DNA of 64,000 nucleotides from Spirochaetia bacterium (GTDB lineage Bacteria; Spirochaetota; Spirochaetia; SZUA-6; Bin103): contig OZ241907.1 of the NCBI GenBank assembly GCA_965203515.1, forward strand, positions 989,730-1,053,729, in the 5' to 3' direction. Both the position numbers and the translations under genes were made by a program. Shown in pieces: positions 27,975-39,600 of this stretch (position 1 is its first letter; every line of letters starts with the position of its first letter). The notes beneath the pieces were generated by a model that saw only the letters and a list, made by a program, of their open reading frames with translations, did not search any database and was not told where the DNA came from.

Positions 27975-30922
27975 CAACTCCCGTCGGACGCTCGATGGTC
28001 GGCAAGGCGCAGGATCGTCTCCAGCCGCGCAAGTCCCCAGGTCCCATAGTTCCGTTTGAGCCGCTCGAACATGGTGGCCCAATCAAGGCCGTCGTAGGCG
28101 AAGGCGAGCGACTGCGGCCCCGGACCGGGTCCCACGCGCCATCGGTCGACATCCAGGCAGCGGGACAGACCGTGCCCGGCGGTGCTTGCCTGCGGGTCGG
28201 CGAAGCCGAAGAACGGCCGCCCCAGTCCGTGGTGGGTCCCGATGAGCCACAACACGAGAGCGGGATCATGCGCCTCCGCAAAGCGACGGTGCGCCATCGC
28301 CATCCGTACCGACAGCGCCTCATGCCGCCACCCGTCCGGCAAGCCGGCTCGCTGCCACGCGTTTGGCGAGGATGGTCTTCCGCTCTTGGCCCGCGGCGGA
28401 CCGTCGGGACGGTTCCACCAGTCGCCGCCGGACAGAAACGTCTGGAAGCGTGAGTCGGCCTTTCCGGCGTCGTGCAGGAACGCGGCGAGGCTCAGGTCGG
28501 CGGCTACCTTCGCCGGCATGCCAAGAGTTCGCGTGAAGCGCTCTACGAACGCGACGACATCGCTGCAATGGTCATTCACCGTGACCGGATGGCCCGGTTG
28601 GCGCGACGTGTGCGAGAGCGTTTCGTCTTCGGTGACCGGCGCTGCCAGATCACTTTCGCTGGATTCTCCCATGAGGCCGTGAGGCGCCACGAGGATGGCG
28701 CCGCTCGCGGGATTGCCTTGTTCGTAAGGGAAGTGCAACCTGATCCGTCCTCTCGCGTCTCTGAGCGACATGAGCGGTGCGCGGACGCAGCGCGGCGGCA
28801 TGTCCTCGTCGGTCGTACCGGCGTCAGCTTCCGCGGTCTCGGCCGGGAGTGCGTCCAGAAGGAGTTCCACCAGCTCGCGCCCGTCGGCCCCGTCGGCTCC
28901 GAGCGCTTCCTCGACGCGTTCCCACTCCGCATCGCTGCGGACCGTGTCGCGGGCTACGCGGACCGAGTAGCGCCGGTGGCGATAGGGCCACATCGCTTCG
29001 TGGGCCATGTCCCTGACGGGCCGTTGTCGATCGGTCGAGCGCCCCGGTTCCTTGGCGATCGGGTTCCAGCCGAATTCGTCGCACCCGCCGTACTCCGCGG
29101 GAACGATCAGCAGGTCGCCGGGTCGCAGGTCCTCCGCGCTGACGATCCCGGTCCGAGGGTCGTCGGACCCAGCCCATCGAAATACCTTCGTTCCCGTCCG
29201 CTCCGTTCGTCCGGCCCGGTCTGACTCGTCCCGCGCCGGCACGTCGGCGATAGCCGCGCGCGCAGAACGGCCGTTCAGCCATGCGGTCACAGACCAGATC
29301 GGAAGCTCAACCATCTCGGCGGTGCGTGGCGGAACCAGCTCCATGATCGTCTTGAGATCGGTGCCGGTTTCGTCGCTCAGGTCGGATGAGTCAATGTCGC
29401 TTCGCCATACGAGGGATACGTCGGCGGACGCGCGATCGGCTCCATGGAGGAACAGACCGACCTCCGGGTCGGCGGCCGGCGGCGGCGAGGTCTGCGACCA
29501 GAGATCGAGATATGCAGGCATCAGAACCGGCGCCTGCGCGCGGGGAGCGGCAAGTTCGGCGGCATCGAGAGCAGCCTCGTTCAGGCGGCGTTGGAACGCC
29601 GTCACGCCGAAGTCCAGGTCACCATCGCCGGCGATCAGGGTAAGGGCGTTCCAGGTCTTGCGAATGCGGTCGCCGTAGATGGGATCGTCGGCCTTCTTGC
29701 TCAATTCGTCGGCCATCACGAGGATGGCGCCGGCTGCCGGAATCGCTCGGCCGGCGCGGTTCAATCGTCCGAAGCGCTGGCGGAGCGCATCGAGAGGGGC
29801 GGCCTGCGTTACCAACCCGTCGAGGTCGAGATCGACCCCCACCTCCAGGCACTGGGTGGCGACGACGAACAAGGCGGCAGCGTCATCGCGGGCGCCGGTA
29901 TGATATGGAGCAAGCTGGCACGCGATCCGGTCTCGGTCGACGTCGCGCGAACGGCCGATCATCAGCAGGGCCTCAGACGAAGATGCGCTCTTGCTCCGCA
30001 GCTTGCGGAAGATCTCGCGCGCCAGATCTACCCGGTTCACGACGACGCCGACCGCCGGCGACGGCACGCCGCCGGTTCGCAACCGATCCGCCATCTTGAT
30101 GGCGGCATCGGTAAAGGCATCCGCAGCGGGTGTCCGAACCGGCTTCTCCAGGCTGGTCGGTTTCGATGCTTCGAGCCGCTCCTTCAGGATGGGATGGACG
30201 CGATCGTCGGGCGTAAGGGAAAAGGTCCGTTGTTCCGAATCCCCCGGCGTCGCCGAGAGGAGAGCGGTCTTGATACGCGTGCCCCCGATCTGTTGCACGT
30301 CGGCGAGGGTACGCCGGAACGGTTCGGACAGATGCGCTTCGTCGAGGAGGATCAAGCTGTCCGAACCCAGGAGGCCGGCGTGTACGGGTCTCATACGGTT
30401 GGAGACCCCGTAACCGCGGAACAGAAGTCGTGATCCGACCTGATCGACGGTCGAGCAGACGATCGTCGGCTGCGTCGGGGTTCGTGCCCAGTCATGTTCC
30501 AGTGGCGCTCCGCCGCGCAGCTTCCGAGCAACGAGCGGCGGCGCGCCGTCGCCGGCCAGGAGTTGCAGCCGGTCCGCGACTTCCCGGACCACCGCGCTGC
30601 CGTTCTTCTCGTCGGACGGAGGAGCGGCGAGGGCGCTGGCTATTCTCTCGGCCCGTGCGAACGCGTCATCCACCACCAGCCGCCGGTCGACGACCAGCGC
30701 CATCCTCAACGCTGCCTTCCGCGGCGCGTCCGCGCGCAGCGCCAGATGAAACACGGCAATATCCAAGGCCGCCGTCTTGCCGGCGCCGGTAGGCAAGTCC
30801 AATACCGGCGGCCAAGCATCGTCTTCGGCAAGCAGATCGATCAGTGCCTGCTGCCAGGGGAACGGATCGTGGTCGTGCACTGCGCGGAAGTAGTGGGCGA
30901 AATCGCTCGGACCAAGCTGCAT
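27974..30922 (-). CDS. cas3: Cas3 helicase with C-terminal HD nuclease domain
   Basis: DEAH-box helicase motifs (LDLPTGAGKT, LLDEAH) and C-terminal HD motifs (FLHDAGK, WRHEALS, GTHHG). HD at the C-terminus is typical of type I-G. Start ATG MQLGPSDF at 30922. Confidence 0.85.
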   Translation of the reverse strand: MQLGPSDFAHYFRAVHDHDPFPWQQALIDLLAEDDAWPPVLDLPTGAGKTAALDIAVFHLALRADAPRKAALRMALVVDRRLVVDDAFARAERIASALAAPPSDEKNGSAVVREVADRLQLLAGDGAPPLVARKLRGGAPLEHDWARTPTQPTIVCSTVDQVGSRLLFRGYGVSNRMRPVHAGLLGSDSLILLDEAHLSEPFRRTLADVQQIGGTRIKTALLSATPGDSEQRTFSLTPDDRVHPILKERLEASKPTSLEKPVRTPAADAFTDAAIKMADRLRTGGVPSPAVGVVVNRVDLAREIFRKLRSKSASSSEALLMIGRSRDVDRDRIACQLAPYHTGARDDAAALFVVATQCLEVGVDLDLDGLVTQAAPLDALRQRFGRLNRAGRAIPAAGAILVMADELSKKADDPIYGDRIRKTWNALTLIAGDGDLDFGVTAFQRRLNEAALDAAELAAPRAQAPVLMPAYLDLWSQTSPPPAADPEVGLFLHGADRASADVSLVWRSDIDSSDLSDETGTDLKTIMELVPPRTAEMVELPIWSVTAWLNGRSARAAIADVPARDESDRAGRTERTGTKVFRWAGSDDPRTGIVSAEDLRPGDLLIVPAEYGGCDEFGWNPIAKEPGRSTDRQRPVRDMAHEAMWPYRHRRYSVRVARDTVRSDAEWERVEEALGADGADGRELVELLLDALPAETAEADAGTTDEDMPPRCVRAPLMSLRDARGRIRLHFPYEQGNPASGAILVAPHGLMGESSESDLAAPVTEDETLSHTSRQPGHPVTVNDHCSDVVAFVERFTRTLGMPAKVAADLSLAAFLHDAGKADSRFQTFLSGGDWWNRPDGPPRAKSGRPSSPNAWQRAGLPDGWRHEALSVRMAMAHRRFAEAHDPALVLWLIGTHHGLGRPFFGFADPQASTAGHGLSRCLDVDRWRVGPGPGPQSLAFAYDGLDWATMFERLKRNYGTWGLARLETILRLADHRASDGS

Positions 30923-30927
30923 GCGCG

Positions 30928-32454
30928 TCAACCCCCCGGACCGCGCAGACCGCGGCACAACCCCAACCCGGTAAAGCGGCCGGCACCGAGCAATACCGGG
31001 CCTTCGGTCACGTCGCCGAAGTCGATGACGGCGTGCACCAGCGCCCGGCTGGCAAGCTGCTCCGGGACGTTCCAGCGCATCCACGGCGGCTCCCCGGACG
31101 ACGGCCGCGACGGCGGCGCGCCTTCTATCGCAGAGTGCTTGCCTACCTGAATCCGGTTGAGATCCGGGCGGGGCAGCCCGGTGTTCTCGCACGCACGCGC
31201 CACCAGATCGCGGACCTCGGTATCGTCGCGGCGTTTGAGATGACGATCCAGCACGATCGGGGTTACGCTGGCCCACACTCGCGCCGGCCGCACGTAGGGA
31301 TCAGGGGAGAGGGAGCGTTTGGTTTCCGTCCCGACGGGCGCCAGCCGCAACGGTGCGCGGAGCGGCGCTCCTTTCAGTTCCAGCACCCGCCGCTCCTCAC
31401 CCGGGTCGTACCGCGCGATCGTCTCGAAGGCCGCCCGGAATCCGGGAATATCGGGCAGTCTGGTTTGCGGCGGGGGCACCAGGGCAAAGCCGAACACCCG
31501 TCCATCCGCATGCGGGAAGCCGGTGAACGCCAGCGGCACGATCGCAAGGTGAGGGTAGCGGGTGGGTGCTCGATCCGGCGTGTGCCCGGAGACGACCTCC
31601 GGGATACGATGCGCCAAGTCGATACGCCGGTACCCGCTCATCAGCGCCCGTCGCAGGGCTCGGCAGACCAACGCCGCGGCGCGGATGTCGGGAACGGTTC
31701 CGGAAATCGCCTCAAGTACGAGCCAACCGGGCGGCTGAGGGTCCGCAGCCGGTTCCGGGGCGGGCGGAACAACCGCCGCTCCGGGGGAGATCACCGGCCG
31801 TATTGGGTTGGTGCGGTACGCGCGCTCCAGTTCTTCCAGGCGGCCGGGATAGATATGCCGTCGGGCCGGGGCCGCGGCGTGTTCCTGCGCCGTGCCGTTT
31901 CCATAGGCGAATCGGCAGCGAACCAGGCTGGCCGAATGACCGACGTAGCCGACGTCGCGCGCGATGTTGTCCAACGCGCGCACCATGGCAGGTTCCGGCG
32001 ACTGATGCCACGCCAGCGTCATGAGCGGATCGTCGGGGCGAGCCACGGGAAACCGGCGCTCTTTCCGGGTCCGGGTCTCCGGGAGCACCGATTGTGCCGT
32101 CACCCAATCCTTGAAGCCGCTCGCGGGCGGCCGAATACCGCGTGCCAAATAGTCGCGGAACCATTTCAACTGCCCGAGGTCCCGCGCCGGTGTCGCCGAA
32201 TCGTTCGGCGGCACGAATACCTCCGGTGTGGTGCGTGCCGTGTGGCCACTGGCATGCACGTCCGGCGGCGACTGCCGTTCGAGCCATTCGAGCGCCTGTC
32301 GCTCCTCGGCGCGTTCGCCGCGTGCAGCCCACGCGGAAACGAGCGCCGAGAACACCCGATCCGTCTGTGGCGGCCAATCCGGCGCCGTATTCGCCGGTCC
32401 GCGGGCGGCTCGACAGACGCCGGTCAGGAACTCGATCTCCAGGGCGAGGCTCAT
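30928..32454 (-). CDS. csb2: Cas5-Cas6 fusion (Csb2/GSU0054 family)
   Basis: Starts MSLALEIEFLTGVCRAA (Csb2-like); about 509 aa; ATGA overlap with the cas7 stop. Confidence 0.7.
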   Translation of the reverse strand: MSLALEIEFLTGVCRAARGPANTAPDWPPQTDRVFSALVSAWAARGERAEERQALEWLERQSPPDVHASGHTARTTPEVFVPPNDSATPARDLGQLKWFRDYLARGIRPPASGFKDWVTAQSVLPETRTRKERRFPVARPDDPLMTLAWHQSPEPAMVRALDNIARDVGYVGHSASLVRCRFAYGNGTAQEHAAAPARRHIYPGRLEELERAYRTNPIRPVISPGAAVVPPAPEPAADPQPPGWLVLEAISGTVPDIRAAALVCRALRRALMSGYRRIDLAHRIPEVVSGHTPDRAPTRYPHLAIVPLAFTGFPHADGRVFGFALVPPPQTRLPDIPGFRAAFETIARYDPGEERRVLELKGAPLRAPLRLAPVGTETKRSLSPDPYVRPARVWASVTPIVLDRHLKRRDDTEVRDLVARACENTGLPRPDLNRIQVGKHSAIEGAPPSRPSSGEPPWMRWNVPEQLASRALVHAVIDFGDVTEGPVLLGAGRFTGLGLCRGLRGPGG

Positions 32455-33674
32455 TCTTCTTCGTCGCGACCCGCGCCTTCGAGCGCCAGCTCGCGGCTGC
32501 GCCGAACGATTTCGACCAGCTTGGGCTGTGGAGTCAGCGTGAGCGACCGGAAGCCAAAGCCGGCCTTCTCGGCATTCCGGTACGATTCGAGATACAGCTC
32601 CCGCGCCTCCGCCCGGTCCAACTCGATCGTCTCCGTGGTACCGTCGGCGTGCACTACCTCCAACGGGGCGGCTCCATCGCACACAAGGTCGCAACGGGAA
32701 CGCAACGCGTAACCGTACGCATCCTGTTCGCAGAGCGCTACCAGACCGAGCGCGGCGAGCAGCGCCCGCCCGGCGGTATCGCGAGTGCCACCGCCGAACC
32801 GCAACCGTCTCAGCCCGGCCAGCGTGATCACTGCCCGGTGCTCGGCATAGGCACAGGTCACGCCAAGAGGCTGAATGGAAGGTGCGATATTGCTGTGATT
32901 GATCTCGGAAGGGCGGACCTTCTTGGCGCCTTTGCCGGCACCGCCTTGTTCCGTACTCCAGCCTGCTGGTCCCTTGAACACTTCGACTTTGCGGAGAACG
33001 CCTAGCGGATCGATGCGGCTGCCGGTACGCCGGCCAGCGTTCCGAGGCTCCGTTGTCCGGGCTTGTGGGTCCATTTCGACTTCTACCGGAGTGTCCACCC
33101 CGATGATCTCCGAGACGAGCGCACGCGGGAACTTGGCGCCAAGTCCGCCTCCTTCACCCTGGCTGTGCCATGCGCCGAAGATCAGCGCCGTCGGGGACAG
33201 CTCGAGCAATGCGGTCGCGTCAGCCGGCTTCGCCGCGGCGAGGCGGCGGCCCTGCTCGCTCTGCATGAACGGTACACCGTCCAGGAAGCTGTCACGCAGA
33301 ATCGCGTCGTACACGCGGTGCGGCGCCTCCAGTGAGGTGATCCGCTCCAGCGGATGCAGGCCGGCATCGCTGAAGTCCACGGTGACGTACGGCAGAGGCA
33401 GTGCGTCTCCGTCAGTGGCGGCACTCAGCAGCGCCTCTTCGAGTCGATTTGCCTGGCTCTGGACACTGTCGATCAGAACGCACCACACGTCCTTGCCATC
33501 GTTCCGCCGACGTTCGAACACGTGGCGCGGTGGGTCTCTGTGCTGTTCACCGGGATAGGTTGGCGGAAAGATCTTGTCGCCGACGCCGCCAGCGGGCTGC
33601 AGACGCCGGATCCGGCGGATGGCAGCATGGCTGGAGATGGCGTCATTCAGTATCGAGATGGAACTCATAGTCAC
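32451..33674 (-). CDS. csb1: Cas7 (Csb1 family) backbone protein of type I-G Cascade
   Basis: N-terminal RLQPAGGVGDKIFPPTYPG is Csb1-like; 407 aa. GTG start at 33674; alternative ATG at 33668. Confidence 0.7.
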   Translation of the reverse strand: MTMSSISILNDAISSHAAIRRIRRLQPAGGVGDKIFPPTYPGEQHRDPPRHVFERRRNDGKDVWCVLIDSVQSQANRLEEALLSAATDGDALPLPYVTVDFSDAGLHPLERITSLEAPHRVYDAILRDSFLDGVPFMQSEQGRRLAAAKPADATALLELSPTALIFGAWHSQGEGGGLGAKFPRALVSEIIGVDTPVEVEMDPQARTTEPRNAGRRTGSRIDPLGVLRKVEVFKGPAGWSTEQGGAGKGAKKVRPSEINHSNIAPSIQPLGVTCAYAEHRAVITLAGLRRLRFGGGTRDTAGRALLAALGLVALCEQDAYGYALRSRCDLVCDGAAPLEVVHADGTTETIELDRAEARELYLESYRNAEKAGFGFRSLTLTPQPKLVEIVRRSRELALEGAGRDEEE

Positions 33675-34460
33675 TCCTGTCTTTGGTCTTCGATCTGAAG
33701 ATCGTCGTCATCCCGTGGGGATGGGTCGTCGAATCCGAACGTGTCGTGTATTTCATGATACTCTCCACGAAACCATGACGTCAACTCTGAACGCCCCGAA
33801 GGGTAGTTACGTATTTCCTTTCGACCGCTTATGATACGCATCTTACGTTCACGATGAATGCGCTTGGTCATCTGCTGTGCCTCCAAATGGATGATTTTGC
33901 TCTGCAAGGATACTCGAAAATACAAGGAGACGAGGCCGGAGTCAAGTGTGGACTCCGGAAAGGAACGGCCGTCTCGGCCGCTCTGCAAGGGTACTCCCTT
34001 TAATCAGGCCCCAGCCCCGATCATGGTGGAGCCGGGGGGCCTCCCAAGATACTGCCTCAAGTCAGCGGTGACAACCTTCGTGCATCGCTGCTGCATCGAG
34101 GGGCCTGCTGAGAAGCCGGTCTTCGCGCTCAAGCTCTGATCCTGCGAGCGGCGCGGCCGGGCGATCCTCCATCGAGCCTGCTCGTGCTCGCCGCGGATCG
34201 GGCCGCGGCGCAGTGATGTGTCGCTGTGGTGTCAAGCACGCTTGCTCAAGGTCGCCGTCCGGTGCAGCCGAACATTGAAGAAGGCAGCCTATCCCGTGGG
34301 GACGAACGGCAGGCACAACGTGGGGCAGGAACCGGTTCCCTCCGATCGGAACCGGGCGGCGGACCGCGCGGGTCCGCGTGCCGACCCCCACCTGAAGCAA
34401 GGGGAGTGCTCATCTTCTCCCGCCGCCGCGCCGGAGGACCGCCCGCTGATTCCGGCGCGC

Positions 34461-36101
34461 ATGGTCAACGAGTTCCAATACTGCCCGCGGTTGGCGTACC
34501 TGGAATGGGTCCAGGGCGAATGGGCGGATTCGGCGGACACCGTGGAGGGGCGCTACGCGCACCGGCGGGTGGACCGCAACGGCGGCGCGCTGCCCGCGCC
34601 GGCGGACGTCGACCGGGAGGTCAAGCTGCATGCGCGGTCGGTCACCTTGTCATCGCCCCGGCTGGGGCTGATCGCGCGCATGGACCTGATCGAGTCGGAC
34701 GGAGCCGAGGTCGTACCGGTCGACTACAAGCGCGGCAAGCGACCGCACGTCGAGCGCGGTGCGTACGAGCCGGAGCGGGTGCAGCTCTGCGTGCAGTGCC
34801 TGATCCTGCGCGAACACGGCTACGCGTGCGACGAAGGCGTGCTGTACTTCGCCGCCAGCCGGGAGCGAGTGCGCGTGGCGTTCGACGACGAACTGATCCG
34901 GACGACGCGGCGGGCGATCAATGGGCTGCGCGACGTGGCCGCCGCCGGCGTGCTCCCGCCGCCGCTGGATGACAGCCCGAAGTGCCCGCGCTGCTCGCTG
35001 GTCGGCATCTGCCTGCCGGACGAGATCAATCATCTCAGCCTGTTGTCCCACTCCCAAGCGGCGCCCCGGCCGATCGCGGTGCCGTCCACCGATGCGCTTC
35101 CGCTCTACGTGCAGGCGCACGGAGCGAAGGTGGCCAAGTCGGGCGAGACCCTGGTCGTCAGCGTCGACGACCGCAAGGTGGCGAAGGCACGGCTCGTCGA
35201 CGTGTCCCAGGTGGTCCTCATGGGAAGCGTGTACCTCACCACGCCGTGCCTGCAGGAACTGATGTGGCGAAACATCCCCGTCACCTGGCACAGCCACGGC
35301 GGTTGGTTCTACGGGCATACGGTCGGCAACGGCCACAAGAACGTGGAACTGCGGACCGCCCAGTACCGGGCGAGCTTCGACGCCTCGACCTGCCTGCGCT
35401 TCGCCCGCGACGTGGTATGGGCCAAGATCGCGAACTGCCGCACCCTGCTGCGGCGCAACTGGAAGCGGCCCGACGACAACCGGGACGTGCTGATCGAACT
35501 GAAGGAGGACGGCCGGCAGGCGCGGCGGGCGGACTCTCTGGCCGCGCTGCTCGGCATCGAGGGGGCCGCGGCGGCGCGCTACTTCCGCGCGCTTCCTGCG
35601 CTGTTGAGCGACAGCGCGGCGGAACAGGCCGCGTTCGACTTCCACAAGCGAAATCGGCGTCCGCCGACCGATCCGGTCAACGCGTTGCTGTCGTTCGCGT
35701 ACTCGCTGCTGGTCCGCGCCTGGACCGTGACGCTCACGGCGGTCGGGTTCGACCCGTTTCGGGGACTGTACCACCAGCCGCGTTACGGCCGGCCCGCGCT
35801 GGCGCTCGACCTGATGGAGCCGTTCCGGCCGCTGATCGCCGACTCGGTGGTGATGCAGGCGATCAACAACGGCGAGGTGCGCCCGGCGGACTTCACGACC
35901 GTGACGGGCAGCGTCGCTCTGACCCCGGACGGCCGCCGCCGCGTCATTTCGGCCTTCGAGCGCCGTCTGAGCCATGAGATCGTCCATCCGCTGTTCGGCT
36001 ACCGCGTCAGCTACCGCCGGCTGATGGAAATGCAGGCGCGGCTGCTGGGTCGCTTCCTGCTGGGAGAGATACCGGTGTATCCGAACTTCACCACCCGGTG
36101 A
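34461..36101 (+). CDS. cas4-cas1: Cas4-Cas1 fusion
   Basis: N-terminal Cas4 with [12 protein letters not shown] and C-terminal cysteines ([11 protein letters not shown]), then a Cas1 body. ATG at 34461; ORF is open upstream to 34218 (GTG). Confidence 0.9.
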   Translation: MVNEFQYCPRLAYLEWVQGEWADSADTVEGRYAHRRVDRNGGALPAPADVDREVKLHARSVTLSSPRLGLIARMDLIESDGAEVVPVDYKRGKRPHVERGAYEPERVQLCVQCLILREHGYACDEGVLYFAASRERVRVAFDDELIRTTRRAINGLRDVAAAGVLPPPLDDSPKCPRCSLVGICLPDEINHLSLLSHSQAAPRPIAVPSTDALPLYVQAHGAKVAKSGETLVVSVDDRKVAKARLVDVSQVVLMGSVYLTTPCLQELMWRNIPVTWHSHGGWFYGHTVGNGHKNVELRTAQYRASFDASTCLRFARDVVWAKIANCRTLLRRNWKRPDDNRDVLIELKEDGRQARRADSLAALLGIEGAAAARYFRALPALLSDSAAEQAAFDFHKRNRRPPTDPVNALLSFAYSLLVRAWTVTLTAVGFDPFRGLYHQPRYGRPALALDLMEPFRPLIADSVVMQAINNGEVRPADFTTVTGSVALTPDGRRRVISAFERRLSHEIVHPLFGYRVSYRRLMEMQARLLGRFLLGEIPVYPNFTTR

Positions 36102-36111
36102 CGGCGGACTG

Positions 36112-36402
36112 ATGGCCGACCATTTGTACTTGGTCGCCTATGACATCGCCGATCCCCGGCGCTGGCGCATGGTGTTCAGGCTGATGAACGGATACGGGGA
36201 ATGGCTTCAGCTCTCGGTGTTCCAGTGCCGGATGAATCGCACCCGTCGAGTGGAGTTGGTTGCGCGTCTCGACGGAGTGATAGATCATGGCGAGGATCAT
36301 GTGGTGCTGGTCGACCTGGGTCCCGCGGACAACGTGCAGCCGCGCGTCGTGAGCCTGGGGAAGCCGTTCCACCCGGTGCGGCGGGAGCCGATGGTCGTAT
36401 GA
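36112..36402 (+). CDS. cas2: Cas2
   Basis: 96 aa, [19 protein letters not shown]...; typical Cas2 immediately after cas1. Confidence 0.9.
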   Translation: MADHLYLVAYDIADPRRWRMVFRLMNGYGEWLQLSVFQCRMNRTRRVELVARLDGVIDHGEDHVVLVDLGPADNVQPRVVSLGKPFHPVRREPMVV

Positions 36403-36475
36403 CCGCCCGCCGGCGAGTAGCGAGCGCTTCGGTGCCGCCGGGTACCCGGGGAGCGCTCGCGGGTAGCGTAGGTCT

Positions 36476-36504
36476 TTGACATTCTGAACGTTATGGTATA
36501 TGGT
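36476..36504 (+). promoter_or_regulatory. CRISPR leader promoter (TTGACA-17-TATGGT) within the 36403-36610 leader
   Basis: AT-richer leader between cas2 and the first repeat; -35 TTGACA at 36476-36481 and -10 TATGGT at 36499-36504, oriented toward the array. Confidence 0.45.
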
Positions 36505-36610
36505 GAAGCTGTCCCGTGAGGGGGGTCCGCTCATCATGCCATCGGTCTTCCGTCCAGCTCTCGCGGCCCGATTGTCTATTCGACGACCCGTCGAGAGTTG
36601 GACGGGGTAC

Positions 36611-39600
36611 GTTTCCGGGGGAGAAATCCCCCGGCCTCATTGAAGCGAGTCGAAGCGCGGGCCGGACGGCGAGCCATGGCAGCCGGTTTCCGGGGGAGAA
36701 ATCCCCCGGCCTCATTGAAGCATTTTCTTCGTGACCGAAGAAAAATGGAAGTCCTTTTCGTTTCCGGGGGAGAAATCCCCCGGCCTCATTGAAGCGGACC
36801 CGCAGGCGGCGCAGCGCTCCTGAGACACGAGGTGTTTCCGGGGGAGAAATCCCCCGGCCTCATTGAAGCGCCACCGCGTCGACCAGCACCTGCAGATCCT
36901 CGGGCGGAGTTTCCGGGGGAGAAATCCCCCGGCCTCATTGAAGCGCCCAGACCTGTAGCGGAGACCCGTCAGCCATGCGCACCTGTTTCCGGGGGAGAAA
37001 TCCCCCGGCCTCATTGAAGCAACGTGGTCGAAGTCTGCGACTCGACCTGGCTGCGGTAAGTTTCCGGGGGAGAAATCCCCCGGCCTCATTGAAGCCAGCT
37101 CCGCAAAGGAGCCGCAGAGCTCGGGACATCGTTGTTTCCGGGGGAGAAATCCCCCGGCCTCATTGAAGCTCTCGTCGTATCGGGCCCGCCGTGCCGTCCA
37201 TTTGTCGTGTTTCCGGGGGAGAAATCCCCCGGCCTCATTGAAGCGAGACTCGAGCGGGCGGACGCGCTGGCTCCCCCCCGGCGGTTTCCGGGGGAGAAAT
37301 CCCCCGGCCTCATTGAAGCAAGAATCTTGTCAAGTATTGCTTTGGTGTATGACTTCGCTGCGGGTTTCCGGGGGAGAAATCCCCCGGCCTCATTGAAGCG
37401 GCAGGTGCTGCAGTCACGTCTGGTGCTCTGATCTGTTTCCGGGGGAGAAATCCCCCGGCCTCATTGAAGCGGTCGACTCCGGGTCCTCCCAGCGTGTGTC
37501 GAGATAGGTTTCCGGGGGAGAAATCCCCCGGCCTCATTGAAGCAGATTATCCGGCGTCAGCTCGTCGCGGCTGCTGCACGCGTTTCCGGGGGAGAAATCC
37601 CCCGGCCTCATTGAAGCGATGAGTGCATAGCACGATGGACGCGGACGGCCAATCGGTTTCCGGGGGAGAAATCCCCCGGCCTCATTGAAGCGGGTACAGC
37701 GTCAACCGAGCCCAACACGTGTTGGGTAGTTTCCGGGGGAGAAATCCCCCGGCCTCATTGAAGCATTCAACCCTCCTACCTTGAGTATACGGAATACCTG
37801 GGGTTTCCGGGGGAGAAATCCCCCGGCCTCATTGAAGCACAAGGCTCAGACCGGCCAGGACAATGCCGGCATGGGAAGTTTCCGGGGGAGAAATCCCCCG
37901 GCCTCATTGAAGCGTGGACGGAATGGCAGACGATCGGGGCGCAGCGAAGGGGGGGCGTTTCCGGGGGAGAAATCCCCCGGCCTCATTGAAGCACCTTCTT
38001 GGCGCCCCAGCCCTTCGCGGCCAGCTCCGGGTTTCCGGGGGAGAAATCCCCCGGCCTCATTGAAGCACGCTCCACCTCCGGCTGCCGCTGCGCCCGGTGC
38101 TCCGCGCGTTTCCGGGGGAGAAATCCCCCGGCCTCATTGAAGCGCCTCGACCATCTTGTCCTGCCAGGCGGATACTCCAGTTTCCGGGGGAGAAATCCCC
38201 CGGCCTCATTGAAGCCTGGCGGTGGACTACCTGTTCAACCCGATCCCAGACGTTTCCGGGGGAGAAATCCCCCGGCCTCATTGAAGCGACCCGTTATTAT
38301 CTGATTCCACCCACAGGCCAAGGGTGTTTCCGGGGGAGAAATCCCCCGGCCTCATTGAAGCCCAATCTTGCGTTGCGCTTGGTGGAGCGAGGTCTCATTG
38401 AGTTTCCGGGGGAGAAATCCCCCGGCCTCATTGAAGCATGACCAGTACAGGCGGACAATATCGATTCGTTCAGCTAGGTTTCCGGGGGAGAAATCCCCCG
38501 GCCTCATTGAAGCAGATGTTCGGCGGTGATGCGGCGGACGTGCTCGGTACGGCGGTTTCCGGGGGAGAAATCCCCCGGCCTCATTGAAGCGTATTATGGC
38601 GTGCGCACCGTTGCAGCAATTGACGTCTCAGTTTCCGGGGGAGAAATCCCCCGGCCTCATTGAAGCTACCACTGCAGATCGGTGACGGCAGCGGCCATCA
38701 GCGCGTTTCCGGGGGAGAAATCCCCCGGCCTCATTGAAGCATGTTCAGCGCGCCGTTGTCCGTGATATTCCAGAGCAGTTTCCGGGGGAGAAATCCCCCG
38801 GCCTCATTGAAGCTGGCAGATGGCCGTGTCCAGTACAGAGAAGCTGGGTTTCCGGGGGAGAAATCCCCCGGCCTCATTGAAGCATAACGTTACCAACGTT
38901 TTTTTCGTGATCGGAGTTGACTGTTTCCGGGGGAGAAATCCCCCGGCCTCATTGAAGCAGCCGGCGTAGGTCTCGCCGTCGTCAAAGGTGACGGTGTTTC
39001 CGGGGGAGAAATCCCCCGGCCTCATTGAAGCTCAAGTAGTTTGCGGTATTTCTGACAGGCTGTTCAGGTTTCCGGGGGAGAAATCCCCCGGCCTCATTGA
39101 AGCGACAAGTAGTATGGATGCCATCGAAGACGGCATATCCATGTTTCCGGGGGAGAAATCCCCCGGCCTCATTGAAGCCTGGACGTGCTGACCGGCGACC
39201 CGGACCTGCCGCACCTGCAGTTTCCGGGGGAGAAATCCCCCGGCCTCATTGAAGCTTTTCGTGATTTTCCCGAAAAGAATTTGCATCCGGGGGTTTCCGG
39301 GGGAGAAATCCCCCGGCCTCATTGAAGCTGGCGCGTGAGCAATAATTCGGCGCAGAATTTCAAGGTTTCCGGGGGAGAAATCCCCCGGCCTCATTGAAGC
39401 ACGGACGGCCGACCACAAGCCCACGCTACTAGAGTGGTATGTTTCCGGGGGAGAAATCCCCCGGCCTCATTGAAGCAGCAGCCCGAAGACGCCCTCGTCG
39501 ATGTGCGACATCGCCGTTTCCGGGGGAGAAATCCCCCGGCCTCATTGAAGCGCGTAGGCGATCGTCGTCGAGATCGACGCGATCTTGCCTGTTTCCGGGG

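Noticed and set aside
27000-36402. Alternative subtype calls (I-C, I-E, I-B)
   Set aside because: No Cas8c or Cse1/Cse2 is present. The Cas4-Cas1 fusion, the Cas5-Cas6 fusion and the helicase-then-HD Cas3 point to I-G.
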